64,000 nucleotides of DNA. It comes from Albugo candida. Taxonomy: Eukaryota. The translations under genes and the position numbers were made by a program. Shown here in pieces: positions 43,955 to 56,055 of this stretch; positions within the stretch are counted from its first letter, which is position 1; the number at the start of each line of letters is the position of its first letter. The stretch is from contig JBDOQK010000027.1 in NCBI GenBank assembly GCA_040437565.1, positions 124,001 to 188,000 of the forward strand, written 5' to 3'. The notes below the pieces were generated by a model, which searched no databases, was not told the DNA's origin, and saw only the letters and a program-made list of their open reading frames with translations.

Positions 43955-46900
43955 NNNNNNNNNNNNNNNNNNNNNNNNNNNNNNNNNNNNNNNNNNNNNN
44001 NNNNNNNNNNNNNNNNNNNNNNNNNNNNNNNNNNNNNNNNNNNNNNNNNNNNNNCATGACGAGCAGGCAAAGAGACGACGCATGAAAGTCGTGTCGGGCA
44101 ACTGAAACTTCCATTAGTCTGCAAAGGAATGACAATGCCAGGTAGCCATTATAGAGCTCTGTTGCGCAAAAGAGAGAAACAGTCGCTCTAGCAGCAACGG
44201 CTCGACAAAGACTTCCGACAGACCTACGATCGCCGTTTAGAATGATGGAGCATGGTGGAAAGATGGACCAATACAACAGAGGGAAACAGCAGTATACGTA
44301 AGCGATCCTGCAAGTGGAGGACTTTATTGATGCAAAGGGCTGGCAGCTACTTAGTCTTTATTTTGAGAGAACGAACAAGCGCCACATTTGAGCACAATAA
44401 TGCTATCAGCTTGCTAGCATCAACGTGAATTACTGTGATTTCGGCCGATGGTACAACAATACTGTTCTACCCCTAAGCTAGAAAGAGATGGATTAATGAT
44501 CGAAGGGTATGATAAAAGTGAGCGTAGTCGTTAAGTCCTTAATGCAAGTCCAATGGTACTACAATCTAACGCAGCGTACAGTCGTGTTTGCGGATGATAA
44601 AGCAGTTTCCTAACGATGACTGAGTAAAAAATCTCAATCAAGATCACTATGCTTCTATGCGTGTCCTGAGGAGATTACTTCATGGGGTCTCCTACTAATC
44701 CCGCTTGATCGAAATATCTGCTGTTAAGTTGATAGCATGGCACCGACTCGAGTACTGACTCATCGCAAAAATTCGATCAAATGTACAAGTATTTCGAAGC
44801 AACGAAAGAGAAGGGGAGAGTACAAGCTGAGCCGAGCAGAAGGATCGACTGCAAAATCGTACAGAAATGGCTGAAACGGACTTGCTAGTGCAATGGCTTC
44901 TTACGGATGAAATACTCGTGAGTAGCTCGATTCTACCAATAGCAATTATCACACGCCACCTCTAGAAGATATAAGCAATGCTGATTTCGATCACATGATC
45001 CATAAATCCATGAATCCATCACGACTGGACCAACCATTACTTAATAAAGTGGATGACCGGCAACTTGGCCGTTATACTTGAATTTGATCTTCAGATCCAT
45101 CTCTACCTAAAGCACGACTGGGGTCTCAAACTTTTCAATCTTCACGTAGCTCATCCTCAACAACATAGCGTAATAAACCACATTTAGAATTGGACCATAC
45201 ATTGATAGCACATGTATGAGCATGAAAATGGGCGTTGTGACGACGGACGAGCTGTAGCTGGACAAATGCAATCGAGTTCATTTTTTATATTTTTTGCAGA
45301 ATCAGTATGGTTTGAAGTGCACGGTTTTGGATTCTGGTGAGCTTCTTACAAGCACTTCGTAGCAATGCTGGAAACGTACAAAAGAATCAGCTATTATGGG
45401 GATTTGAATTGATCTACAAGCATCTCGCTCTTCTGTTTCGATCGCATCTATGCGAGGATAATTGTTCCCAAAACACTGCCATTTCACCTTCACAGAAAGG
45501 CTACAAGTTTCTCTTAGACTATGTCATCGTTGATCCATTAACACACTTGATCACCTTGCTCATAAACTACCTGGATCGAGTATCACTGCGGGGTCTAAAT
45601 TCTCAATAGCGCTGTAGGACCACACTATAGGAATCAATTCTAGTTTCAATACACCAAGTACTGATACGTTAGTACCTTGTACAGCGTCGGTGCATTATTT
45701 CAGTGCTTTTTCGAGCGGCAGCAGCGAAGATGATGAACTTTATATCGACTTGTCAATCTCTTGCACTTATAAGTCAATGTGCTTCAGGGGATATACAGAA
45801 GCTTCTCAAGCATCGGCCGTGGAATTTTATCAAGAATGTCCGCTTCCTTGGTGCTTTGGCACAAGTTCTTGAATTTTTATGCGAGTCTTACATCAGGTTG
45901 TGTGGTGCTACCCAGCTCATGTAATCAGCTATGAATCAACGTGGTGTTAGCAAGCAACGGAATGTTAGCCAGCAAAGAATCATCAAATACCCGATTTGCA
46001 AGTCTCTCAACTCGGTGGCGTTGCTACCGCTCCGCATCTAACACAAACTTGGGTAGCAGAGTGAGCACGAATGGCTCAAGAAACTGTCTCTACAACACTT
46101 TTCCGTTCTGTCTGAGACTCTTCTATACTCGCGAATAAATCTTTAAGCTTTTGCTGCATAAAATCAGTGCGCGAGTCAGTGCTTCCAAGTATACAATTAT
46201 AGCTGTTGGTGCTCTGATCGTCTGCANNNNNNNNNNNNNNNNNNNNNNNNNNNNNNNNNNNNNNNNNNNNNNNNNNNNNNNNNNNNNNNNNNNNNNNNNN
46301 NNNNNNNNNNNNNNNNNNNNNNNNNNGTGGTGCTACCCAGCTCATGTAATCAGCTATGAATCAACGTGGTGTTAGCAAGCAACGGAATGTTAACCAGCAA
46401 AGAATCATCAAATACCCGATTTGCAAGTCTCTCAACTCGGTGGCGTTGCTACCGCTCCGCGTCTGACACAAACTTGGGTAGCAGTGTGAGCACGAATGGC
46501 CCGAGAAACTGTCTCTACGACACTTTTCCGTTCTGTCTGAGACTCTTCTATACTCGCGAATAAATCTTTAAGCTTTTGCTGCATAAACTCAGTGCACGAG
46601 TCAGTGCTTCCAAGTATACGATTATAGCTGTAGGTGCTCTGATCGTCTGCAATGAAAGCAAAACCAATCCAAAGACTGGCAACTTCGACAAAAAATAGAA
46701 AGACTTGATAAACGATTGTGAATAAAAGGCTCTAATGAAGCTTTTCTTCTTCTTGGTGGGAAAGTAATCACGAAGAACGATATTACATTTTCGTTTCATT
46801 GGCAAATCTACTGTGCTATCACAACAGCCATACCTGTATTTTTACAAATGGGTCACTTCATAAGACGAACCACTCACCAAACCACACGCATTGTGATCTA

Positions 46901-48863
46901 ACGGCCTTGCGAATTGACCTCATCCGGTGTTAGCTCGCTGATTTTACGTTATGTAATTTGCGCGCTGAAATTGGCTCGTGTTGTAGGGGTCCGATGGTAA
47001 CGTCATCGCGCNNNNNNNNNNNNNNNNNNNNNNNNNNNNNNNNNNNNNNNNNNNNNNNNNNNNNNNNNNNNNNNNNNNNNNNNNNNNNNNNNNNNNNNNN
47101 NNNNNNNNNNNCACTCACCAAACCACACGCATTGTGATCTAACGGCCTTGCGAATTGACCTCATCCGGTGTTAGCTCGCTGATTTTACGTTATGTAATTT
47201 GCGCGCTGAAATTGGCTCGTGTTGTAGGGGTCCGATGGTAACGTCATCGCGCTGATTCGAATTCGGAATGAGAGGTACGAATAAAGAAGTGTCGGATGAC
47301 TTAGCCCGCACATGAAGAATGTGCTTGAAGGGCCAGAAAACATCGATGTTTTTTCATGGATATTTGATAATGGAATTGTACGTGAATTTGCATCGTTAAT
47401 ACCTATCGATATCCTATCCAATTCTCAATCTCTGACATAGAAGCATGACCATGCGCTGGTTTGTACCTAATCTATCTCTCAAATATGTTTTTGCTTGTAC
47501 TGGTGAGCAATCGCCAATGGAGTACAAACGACGATAGTCAAAATGACGACTCAGTTGCATGCACAACGTGATGCGATTAGAGTACATGGAAGATTTGTGT
47601 TCAGCCGACATTTAAAAGATGCGTTAGACGTCTGTCTTAAATTTCTTTGATTCCAGCATTAGAGACACCAAGAGAAAGAGAATAAATCGAAAAATGATTA
47701 CTTTTCATGAACGATGCTGCAGCGTAATTCAGTATGCGGCGTTCAGACCACGAAAATTTAATTTACAATATCGCCTCATTTAAGTGTTGTTGCTAGCTTC
47801 GATAGCTCAAATACTCACATGATCACTAGACAGATTGTATTGCTTTGGGTACACCGACCTTTTTTTGGTAGCACAGCCGCCCAGCAAGCAAAGATTGATG
47901 CCAAAAGAGAGCTTATCATCAAGACGCTGGCACCGATTAATCGACTAACATTGCGACCCAGTGGATGTGGAAGCATTCATTAGCTGCACAGACGAGTTGG
48001 CACAGAGATGTTGAAGTTTAGAACTGAACATCTGCGAGCGAGAAGCACAATATATTGATTCGCAGCTTTTTTCTACCGGCTGGGTTAGAATGGCAATTTG
48101 AAATGCGCGCAACTGGTGGGGAATTTCACGTATCGTTGTTGAGATTTTCCCATCAAATATCAATAGCCCAGCAAAAAATTTTGTCGAAACACTCGGCATA
48201 AGAACAGAGTTGATAATCCACCACCGATAGTTATAAGCTAATCATGCTGGTTCGGAATCAAATAAAGTAGACTTTTCTGTAGACCATTTATTATCGTGTC
48301 AGGAGCATTCCCGGAGAATTATCGACGTCACCACACGCACATACAGGAAAAGAAGTCCATGACATTAGTGCGTACGCGACTCTACTTGGAGAATTTGCTC
48401 ACCATTTACTTCAGTCTGAATATTTGGATCAGAGCAAGTGCACTCTTGCATCATCCGTTCGATCCACTCTCATCTAAGCCAAGATCATTAGGATACGCAC
48501 GATACGAAGGTACGTGGTGGGATCGATCACCTCCGATATGAATGACACTTTGAGCGCCTTCTACCGCTCGGATTGAACTAAAGGCAGCTATAGTATACAC
48601 ATGACTATTTGCAAACCCACGTCTAAAGAGCACGTACACACGGTGTCTATATTGCGAACAAACAGGCAACGATATGTCACCGCAATTCGTTAGTTACGCG
48701 AAGACAGCATAAACACTGGTCGATTGAAATTTCATAGCGGAGGAGATGATATGGAACATTCAAGCCAGAGACGCTACAAGGTTCGATAGAGGCACTGATA
48801 GTGGATATGTATGGAACTTTTTTTATCTGTGAATACTCCAGACAATATGTTCACGAGCAACTT

Positions 48864-51128
48864 TTACAGCAGCTTACTTTTTTTAAGGCGTTGTAACATA
48901 CGCATTGAGAGGAAACCGCTGAGTGTCGTGATAGACAAACCACATCCCATTGCTACCCATCCGATCCAAGGCCCCGGGTCCGGAAATACATAACTTCCAA
49001 TATCCAAATCCCAATGAGGTTCTGTCCAAATTGGATTATTCTTGTCGATGATAGAATATAAACCCAAAGTTTCGGTCCGTGCAAGCCCCGGACTCATTGC
49101 ATCGTGGAAGAAAGCCACTCGACGGCGACATCGACCCGGATAAACGCATTCTTTTGCAGGATCTTGGCATGCTTGAGTTCGACTGCAGTGTTTCTTATCC
49201 GTTGCAGCGTTTTCCGAACGATTAGTGGGGGAAAGTGTTGAGGCCAAAAATGAGCGGATGAAGACCTCATACGCATTGGGAAATATTCTTGTTCGATATG
49301 TTTTATTATTCCATAAGCCTTGGCCCAAAGACGTGAGATAATCTTGGCCGTTTGACGTCATGAGCAAAGACTGGCGGTTTATATCGATTGAACCAGTTTG
49401 CAGGGTTACAGGCTGCTGGTACGAAGGCTCCGCGGTTGCAGTAAGATCCAGGTATTCAATCATTGTACTCACAAATGGCTCCGAAGTTTGTGCAATCAAG
49501 TCGCATGACCAATCTGTCGCGATGCAATCCAACAAATCTCGAACAAGAACTAAATCCACTTTAATCGCCTTCAGCCGAGTTGAATTGACAGTGGTTTCTG
49601 ACCCATTCATAGTGGCCAGTACAAACAAACTCTGAGCAATGATTTCAGCGGCGGTAGCAACTGCGTTTGGATCAACAGCACTCAGAACGTCGTGATGCGT
49701 ATTGTACAAAGTACCATTAACAAATTCCTCGTCGTATCCTGCAAAGACTGCGCTTTTTAATCCAGCTTGACCATACTCCTTCTCATTCAGAAACGATAGC
49801 AGTGAAGTTGGTGGTAGAGAGTTATTCACGCTAGACTTGGCAACTATGCTAGGTTGTGATGCTGGACAGTCTTTGATTATATCGAGTAGCGACCGAGATT
49901 TTACATCGGACGGTTCGGCTAAACGAGGATTCTCATGAACGAAAAACTGCTTTCGGTCCGACGGCAACACCCCGACTTGATCGATTGCGATCGCGTACGC
50001 CAATTTGGATAGATTCAGGTGAGCAAAGTTCATGTTGAAATGGATTGGATCTGTACAGATATCCTCTCCGAGAATAGAGTGTGAGTTAAAAGCAGGCGCT
50101 TTACAAGCTGCATACATGTTTGTCCCATTTTTACGAGCGGCAGTTTGGAATTTTTGAATGTCACTTAAAAAGCGTCTTGATCCGACAAAACCATACTTTT
50201 CACTTTGAAATGCACCAAATACAATCGGTCGAATGAGTTCATCGTCTGAAACTGTCTGTAGTGCGTGTGCTGCAGCCAAAAGTGCAACGATTCCAGAAAC
50301 TGCCGTGTTTGCACCCGGGGCAAGTACTTGAGAGAGCGACTTTGCGTCCATACCGGCCATCACCATGATCCATTCCCCGTTGGAATTGCGCATCGTCTCT
50401 CTCAAATCACCATGTTTTGTATGACGATATCCCCAGACAGATTGCCCTCCAATCGGGTCGCAATGAGGAGCTTGTTTCCCGTTAATGTCCTCAAATTCCA
50501 AACATTCCACCGAATTCATTTTTGATGGCCCAAAATAGTAATTCATAAACGCGCGGTATTCTGGATACGAATTAGATGTTTCTCTGTCTCTGTTTTGACG
50601 GGCTTTTTCTAGGAATTTTTGGCCCACAGTAGCGCTTGATAGCAGGACAACGGAGAATGGAAATGCTTGTTCTAGAATGTTGGTCCCGGTCGGATTGTAC
50701 TGGTGTTGACTTTGCCAAAACGGATTCAAGTTCTGATCTATAGTTCCCCGTCCCTGTGGCGTCTTTGAGTCGAATGAAGTGTTTCCATGAGTGGGAATGA
50801 TAAAGATTCCAGCAATTTTCTGGTGCAAAGCGGGAGAAATCTTAGTCAGCAAAAACTCTGGAACAAGTAGTGTGACTTGATACGAGAGTGCTTGTAATTT
50901 GTCGAGGTCTTTACGAGCCTCAATAAGATATAAAGGCGCAATATCTTGGTGAGAGCGACCGTGACTGCCGACGTCACCGTTGGCGTGAAACGAACGTACA
51001 AATTCTCCGCCAGAAGCGATAAGTTGCTCGGGTGTACCTGCGCTTATTGCAGAGGAGAAGACGAATTGACAGTGACGGAGCCAAAGTATGAAAGGAACGG
51101 AAATGTAAAGCTTTGGCCGGCGAAACAT
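48864..51128 (-). CDS. NCSTN: Nicastrin (gamma-secretase subunit)
   Basis: Signal-like N-terminus; 'YNPTGTNIL..FPF', 'CDPIGGQSVW', 'APGANTAVSGIVALLAAA', DYIGS-equivalent 'EKYGFVGSRRF', 'LPPTS..SFL', 'WTEPHW'; C-terminal TM. Confidence 0.92.
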   Translation of the reverse strand: MFRRPKLYISVPFILWLRHCQFVFSSAISAGTPEQLIASGGEFVRSFHANGDVGSHGRSHQDIAPLYLIEARKDLDKLQALSYQVTLLVPEFLLTKISPALHQKIAGIFIIPTHGNTSFDSKTPQGRGTIDQNLNPFWQSQHQYNPTGTNILEQAFPFSVVLLSSATVGQKFLEKARQNRDRETSNSYPEYRAFMNYYFGPSKMNSVECLEFEDINGKQAPHCDPIGGQSVWGYRHTKHGDLRETMRNSNGEWIMVMAGMDAKSLSQVLAPGANTAVSGIVALLAAAHALQTVSDDELIRPIVFGAFQSEKYGFVGSRRFLSDIQKFQTAARKNGTNMYAACKAPAFNSHSILGEDICTDPIHFNMNFAHLNLSKLAYAIAIDQVGVLPSDRKQFFVHENPRLAEPSDVKSRSLLDIIKDCPASQPSIVAKSSVNNSLPPTSLLSFLNEKEYGQAGLKSAVFAGYDEEFVNGTLYNTHHDVLSAVDPNAVATAAEIIAQSLFVLATMNGSETTVNSTRLKAIKVDLVLVRDLLDCIATDWSCDLIAQTSEPFVSTMIEYLDLTATAEPSYQQPVTLQTGSIDINRQSLLMTSNGQDYLTSLGQGLWNNKTYRTRIFPNAYEVFIRSFLASTLSPTNRSENAATDKKHCSRTQACQDPAKECVYPGRCRRRVAFFHDAMSPGLARTETLGLYSIIDKNNPIWTEPHWDLDIGSYVFPDPGPWIGWVAMGCGLSITTLSGFLSMRMLQRLKKSKLL

Positions 51129-52608
51129 TCTCAATATATCAATTCTAACCTTAACAGCTGTAACNNNNNNNNNNNNNNNNNNNNNNNNNNNNNNNNNNNN
51201 NNNNNNNNNNNNNNNNNNNNNNNNNNNNNNNNNNNNNNNNNNNNNNNNNNNNNNNNNNNNNNNNACCTTAACAGCTGTAACAAGCCATTACTTTGCATCT
51301 GTCGATTTAAGCGGATTTTGCTGCTTCTATTGGCGTTAGATGATCTCTTAAAAGCGAACAGTAGTTATAAAACATCTCATTGCATCTATTGAAAATGTGA
51401 AACGCTTCGCGGAGACATTCATCCGATACTTCGTGATCAAACGATTTCAAAAACTGCGTCACAGCTGATTACAAAAAAGGCAAACGCGATGTCCATTGAT
51501 CCACCTTATTATGATAAAGGACATAGACTAAAGGAAGACACCGCATTTATCGTTTTGTAAGAGCTCTGGATAGCTTGTTGGGAGCAGACGAATTTATATG
51601 GACCTTCTTCTCCTATAAGCGCTGAGAAAACGACAAATACGAAGTGTGCATGTAGCTTTAGGGGTCTGGAGATCCGTTCGAAGCAGCTCAGCCACGTCGT
51701 ACGCTAGCACCGGCATCGAGCCTTTCTCCATTGTAATGGCTGCTTATGTACATTTAAAAAGAAGATAGCTTGCGTTCTCGGCTTTCGGCATCCCTGGCAA
51801 ATCCGTCGGTGATGATTCATCCATAGTTATACGGAAGGAAGCGTGTATGAGATGTGGCATTTCACGAATTTCTTGAATTAGAGTATTGTATTACATCAAA
51901 GTTCATTGTTTGATCGAAGACTCGGTGATACTGGACTCCTTATTTGTACTTGACTCATTTAGCGAAATTGTCAATCGTACTTTTCCCATTATTCGCAAGT
52001 CCATTTTACGAGCTGACATGTAAATCACCATGTAGCAACACGGTCTCGCCGAATCAAACAGTCAATGACCACAAGGAAGAGAGCCTTGACAGCTTCAGCC
52101 GTACAACGTATCTCCGTCAACTAGGATGCAAATAGAGTTAAGCTCAAGTATCTGCAACCGTAAAAAAGTATCTTCATGTATTTAATTGACCCGAAACGAT
52201 TCCGTACGCGATAACTTGTCTCCCCTTCAAAGTAGAACGTGTACGTTAAAGAGCGCGTTGTTCTCGGACAATACATCGCAAATCGCTCAGCTTGCTTAAG
52301 TGCTGATAGTGTAAAGCTGAGAGTACTACGTAATTCTAACGGATTTGGAATTTGCATGTTTAGTATTCGCTTTGTGAGCAAGCAAAAGTTATCACAAATC
52401 CGTGCTCATTATGAGCCGTGCGAGGGTGAGATGGAAAACTATGTCGGTCTCTTGCAGCGCTTATAAGACGATGATTTCGCCATTCATGAGTCATGCTCAA
52501 TGGGTTGCGTTTCGTCAAGCTTCAACATCAGTGCAACGCCTAGGAGGTGACAGTAAATACTTTATGAAGAAACTCATTGCCGCAACACATAACAAAGAGC
52601 GTTCGTGC

Positions 52609-55600
52609 TCACTTTCTAAAACTAGGCTCGTCAACATTTGTCGATGTAGCTTGCTGCAGTCTCCAAATGAGCAGCATTCCATCCATGCCACCCGACACAA
52701 TCATCGACCCTGACGAACTTACTGTAAGGGATGTAATTGTACTCTCATGTGCGTGAGGAATATCGTAGAAAGGAGCGCTGATATGGCTTGAACCCACCTT
52801 CCAAAAGCATATCCTTCCACTGGTTGTACCACAAACAACGTAGACACCATCGCTTTTCATGCATCTATGCAGCCGGTCAAATAGAGTTGATAGACACATG
52901 CGCGTACACGTACCGAACTTGACCTGTGATGGGAAGTGCCACAAAGTAAGTGGAAACTCCTTCGAGGTTGACCTGAATTAGCTCATTTTCAATTGTCACA
53001 CACACAAATGAAGTATCATCGGGAAATGCTAGGGAAGCTATATCGCCGTATCGTGTGGGATTTATTGTCACTTCTCGAACGCATACAAGTTGGTAAAGAT
53101 CAATTAAATATATCCTTCCATTTCGGGATCCTGCCACCACAAACTTGCCATCTGGACTCGCGTCCATACAATTGATTGCTTGATCCCATTCTGTAAATGT
53201 TCGTGCTGGTATAATAACAATCGATTCAACCGTATATCGCCAAATTTTAACAATCGCATCCCACGAGCTAGTGACAAGATAGTTTTTCGTTACGCAAATC
53301 GCGGAAACTCCATCGTAATGAGCAACTATTTTGTCAATTTGGCGACCAGATTGCACCGAGAACATATAGACGCAATTATCCCAGCATCCGAGGAACACAA
53401 ACCGTTCATTCGGCGATAAAGCGCAGCATGACAAAGCCATACCGCAATCGATCTCCTGTTTCAAAATGCCATTTAAACTTGAACAAGCTTTGAAAGTGCA
53501 GTCTTTTGAAGTTGAGTATAAAGTGGCCTCTTTTCGTGAAAGAAGACAGCTTGTAACCTCACCGGAATGTATATCATCGAGCACCTGAGAGCATTGCCAG
53601 CACCATGGATTAGCTGAACCCATTGGGCAAAGTCGATTCCATTTCCAGCGTCTTGAATATGGTTTTGTTCCATGCGTAACAGGTTTCTTGATACCACAAA
53701 AAGATAAGCTAGTGATCAAATCAGCCGCATAATCAAGCGGAAAAAGCAAGAAATGCTTTCTCGCAAGATGCTTCCGTTCCTGGAGAAAAAGTCCTTCTGA
53801 TGCTTGGCTGCTCTCCACACCGTCTTTCGTTGATAGATATGTGCAGTCTGAATCAAGTTTCTGCATCGAACGCTGACGAGCACGGGGAGAAACGATGAGT
53901 AATGTATCCGGCATTGTTTCATCGATTGAATCATTGCTACTTTGCGGTGCATTTCTGACAGGATGGGGCATTGCGAACAATTGCCGAGGAGTTTGTCCAA
54001 ATTCTTGAATTTGTGACTCGAGGGAACAGCGTTCCATAGGATCCTCAACATTCTCGAGGTCCACTGCGCCTTGATAGGATAGATAATAAAATACTAAATG
54101 CATCACACATGTATCAATTATTCTCTCAGTCGTACGCAGCAAGATAACACGTACAATTGTCCGATTTCAACGCTTGCTCTCCTTGTTGTTTGTACCCAAA
54201 TATCAAATCTATCCAGTTGTGTAAATTGCCTGATACATATTCGCTTTCCAAGGCTGCCCGATTTATCTCAATGAAACGAGTTGGGTCACTTAATGCCCAG
54301 GGAGGAAGCTCTACGTCATCAACTCTCTTCAAATCTTGTGTCAAACCAAAATCAAGGTGTTGGTGATTGCATAACCAATCGTTTGGAGAAGAGTAGACAT
54401 CATAAAATTCTGGGATGAGCTCTTTCAAGTCTGTGTAGTTGGTAAGACAGCTTTTCCAGCAATCCTGAACGCTTCGGAAAAGCCTATCCGCGGTATCAAA
54501 TTTTCCATTCTGTAGACATAACATAAATTGCGGATGCTTCCGAACTAGATAATATAAGACATATCCCGGTGTTGAGTAGTGCGTGCCGTATAAAAATGCC
54601 GGTGGCAGTCCTTCAGCTTCTTCACCTTGAGGCATCAGACTATGCCGAAGGCGAAAATACGCGAGGCGGTCATCATTTAGTGCACCGATTGGTTTGGAGA
54701 GATCGCGATATATGTTTTCATTGCTTAAATCAAGCTCATGACTTGTGTAATCAGTGAGGACCCACGGGAATACAGGATATTGTGTTAGATCATTCTTTGT
54801 ACGTCCGGATATAGTATTCAGGTGGAGGAGATAATCGTAGTTTGATATTTCTCGGCGTTTCCATCGCCAAAGCATTTCGCTAAGTCCAGGTAACGTGATA
54901 AGATGATTTAGTTCCGGTTGTGACATCACCATATCGTACGCAGAGTTACGATCGACTTGTGACTGGAAAGACAGGAAGCATGTGTTTGCATTGTTGCGAA
55001 TAAATTCTAATCCAACTTGACGCAACCGATGTCGACGTTTATGGATCTGCACAATTGATGTGTATGTAAACGTGCACACTGAATCTCCGACGTTGTTGAT
55101 TTTCGCTGGTTGGATGTAGACTCTATGTGGAATGGTTGAGTCAGAAGATTAGTTTATGCGATTGATGTCCATACCTTTTGTTTGTGAGCATCAGATGACT
55201 AGGATACGTGAGCAAAGGTTCCACGACGTCAACATGTTTTGCCGTTGTGAAGAGCAATTTTTCTCGAAAATCCACGAGTAAGCTAGAAAAAAGTAGCGGA
55301 AAATGTAAAAAAGAGTCAAGGTAGTATGCGAACACTCAACCTGAAGTCAAAACCCTGATTGAGGCGGCGAATCAAGAACGGAGAAAGTAACGCAGCTTCT
55401 TCCGCTCGATTCAATATATGGTGAGAATGCTGGCCGATTGACCAAAACTTGTTTACATTCTCAAGAAATGCAGGAACTGCAGTGTGTAGTAGCCTGAATC
55501 TATATACTGTAGGCCATTGAGCTGTACGTGCGCCCTCACATGTCGCTTCTGAAGTCTCATGATACGCATACGGATGATCTAATCCTCTCTCTTTCATCGC

Positions 55601-56006
55601 AACAACAATCCGTATCTTCAATGTAATATATTCCAAATCGCGTTCCTTGATCATTTCGAGAGGTTCTTTCATCATTCGAAAGGCAAAGCGAATAATCGGC
55701 TGGAGAATGTCATTCGGTACGAAGAACAGGCCGCGTGTACAGACCTTAAGTCTCCCGGTATTGATTCTAGAGTATTGATCACGATTGAAAGATGAAAGCA
55801 GTCAGCCAGATAGTTTTATTTGTCGCCACCTTGAATCTTCTATTTCGACAATGCGCTGCACGCTGTAATCCTATTTATGATCAAAAGAAGTCATACGATC
55901 GCATGAGAAGAGATTAACGCATTACATCTAAGAAAAATTCCCCGTCTTCCATAAGTAAAAGATTAAAACGCGATTGTGCGGCGTTTTGTCGCCGAAAGAT
56001 TGTCAT
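52609..56006 (-). CDS. FAN/NSMAF-like PH-BEACH-WD40 protein, multi-exon
   Basis: N-terminus 'SRFNLLLMEDGEFFLD'; BEACH 'WKRREISNYDYLLHLN..SGR..NDLTQYPVFPW', 'RDLSKPIGALN', 'YGTHYS', 'KELIPEFY', 'WIDLIFGYKQ', 'FGQTPRQLF'; C-terminal WD40 repeats. Confidence 0.88.
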
Positions 56007-56055
56007 TCTTCGTAAGAAGTGCCGTATACATTTAAACAACACCCGACGCTACAAT

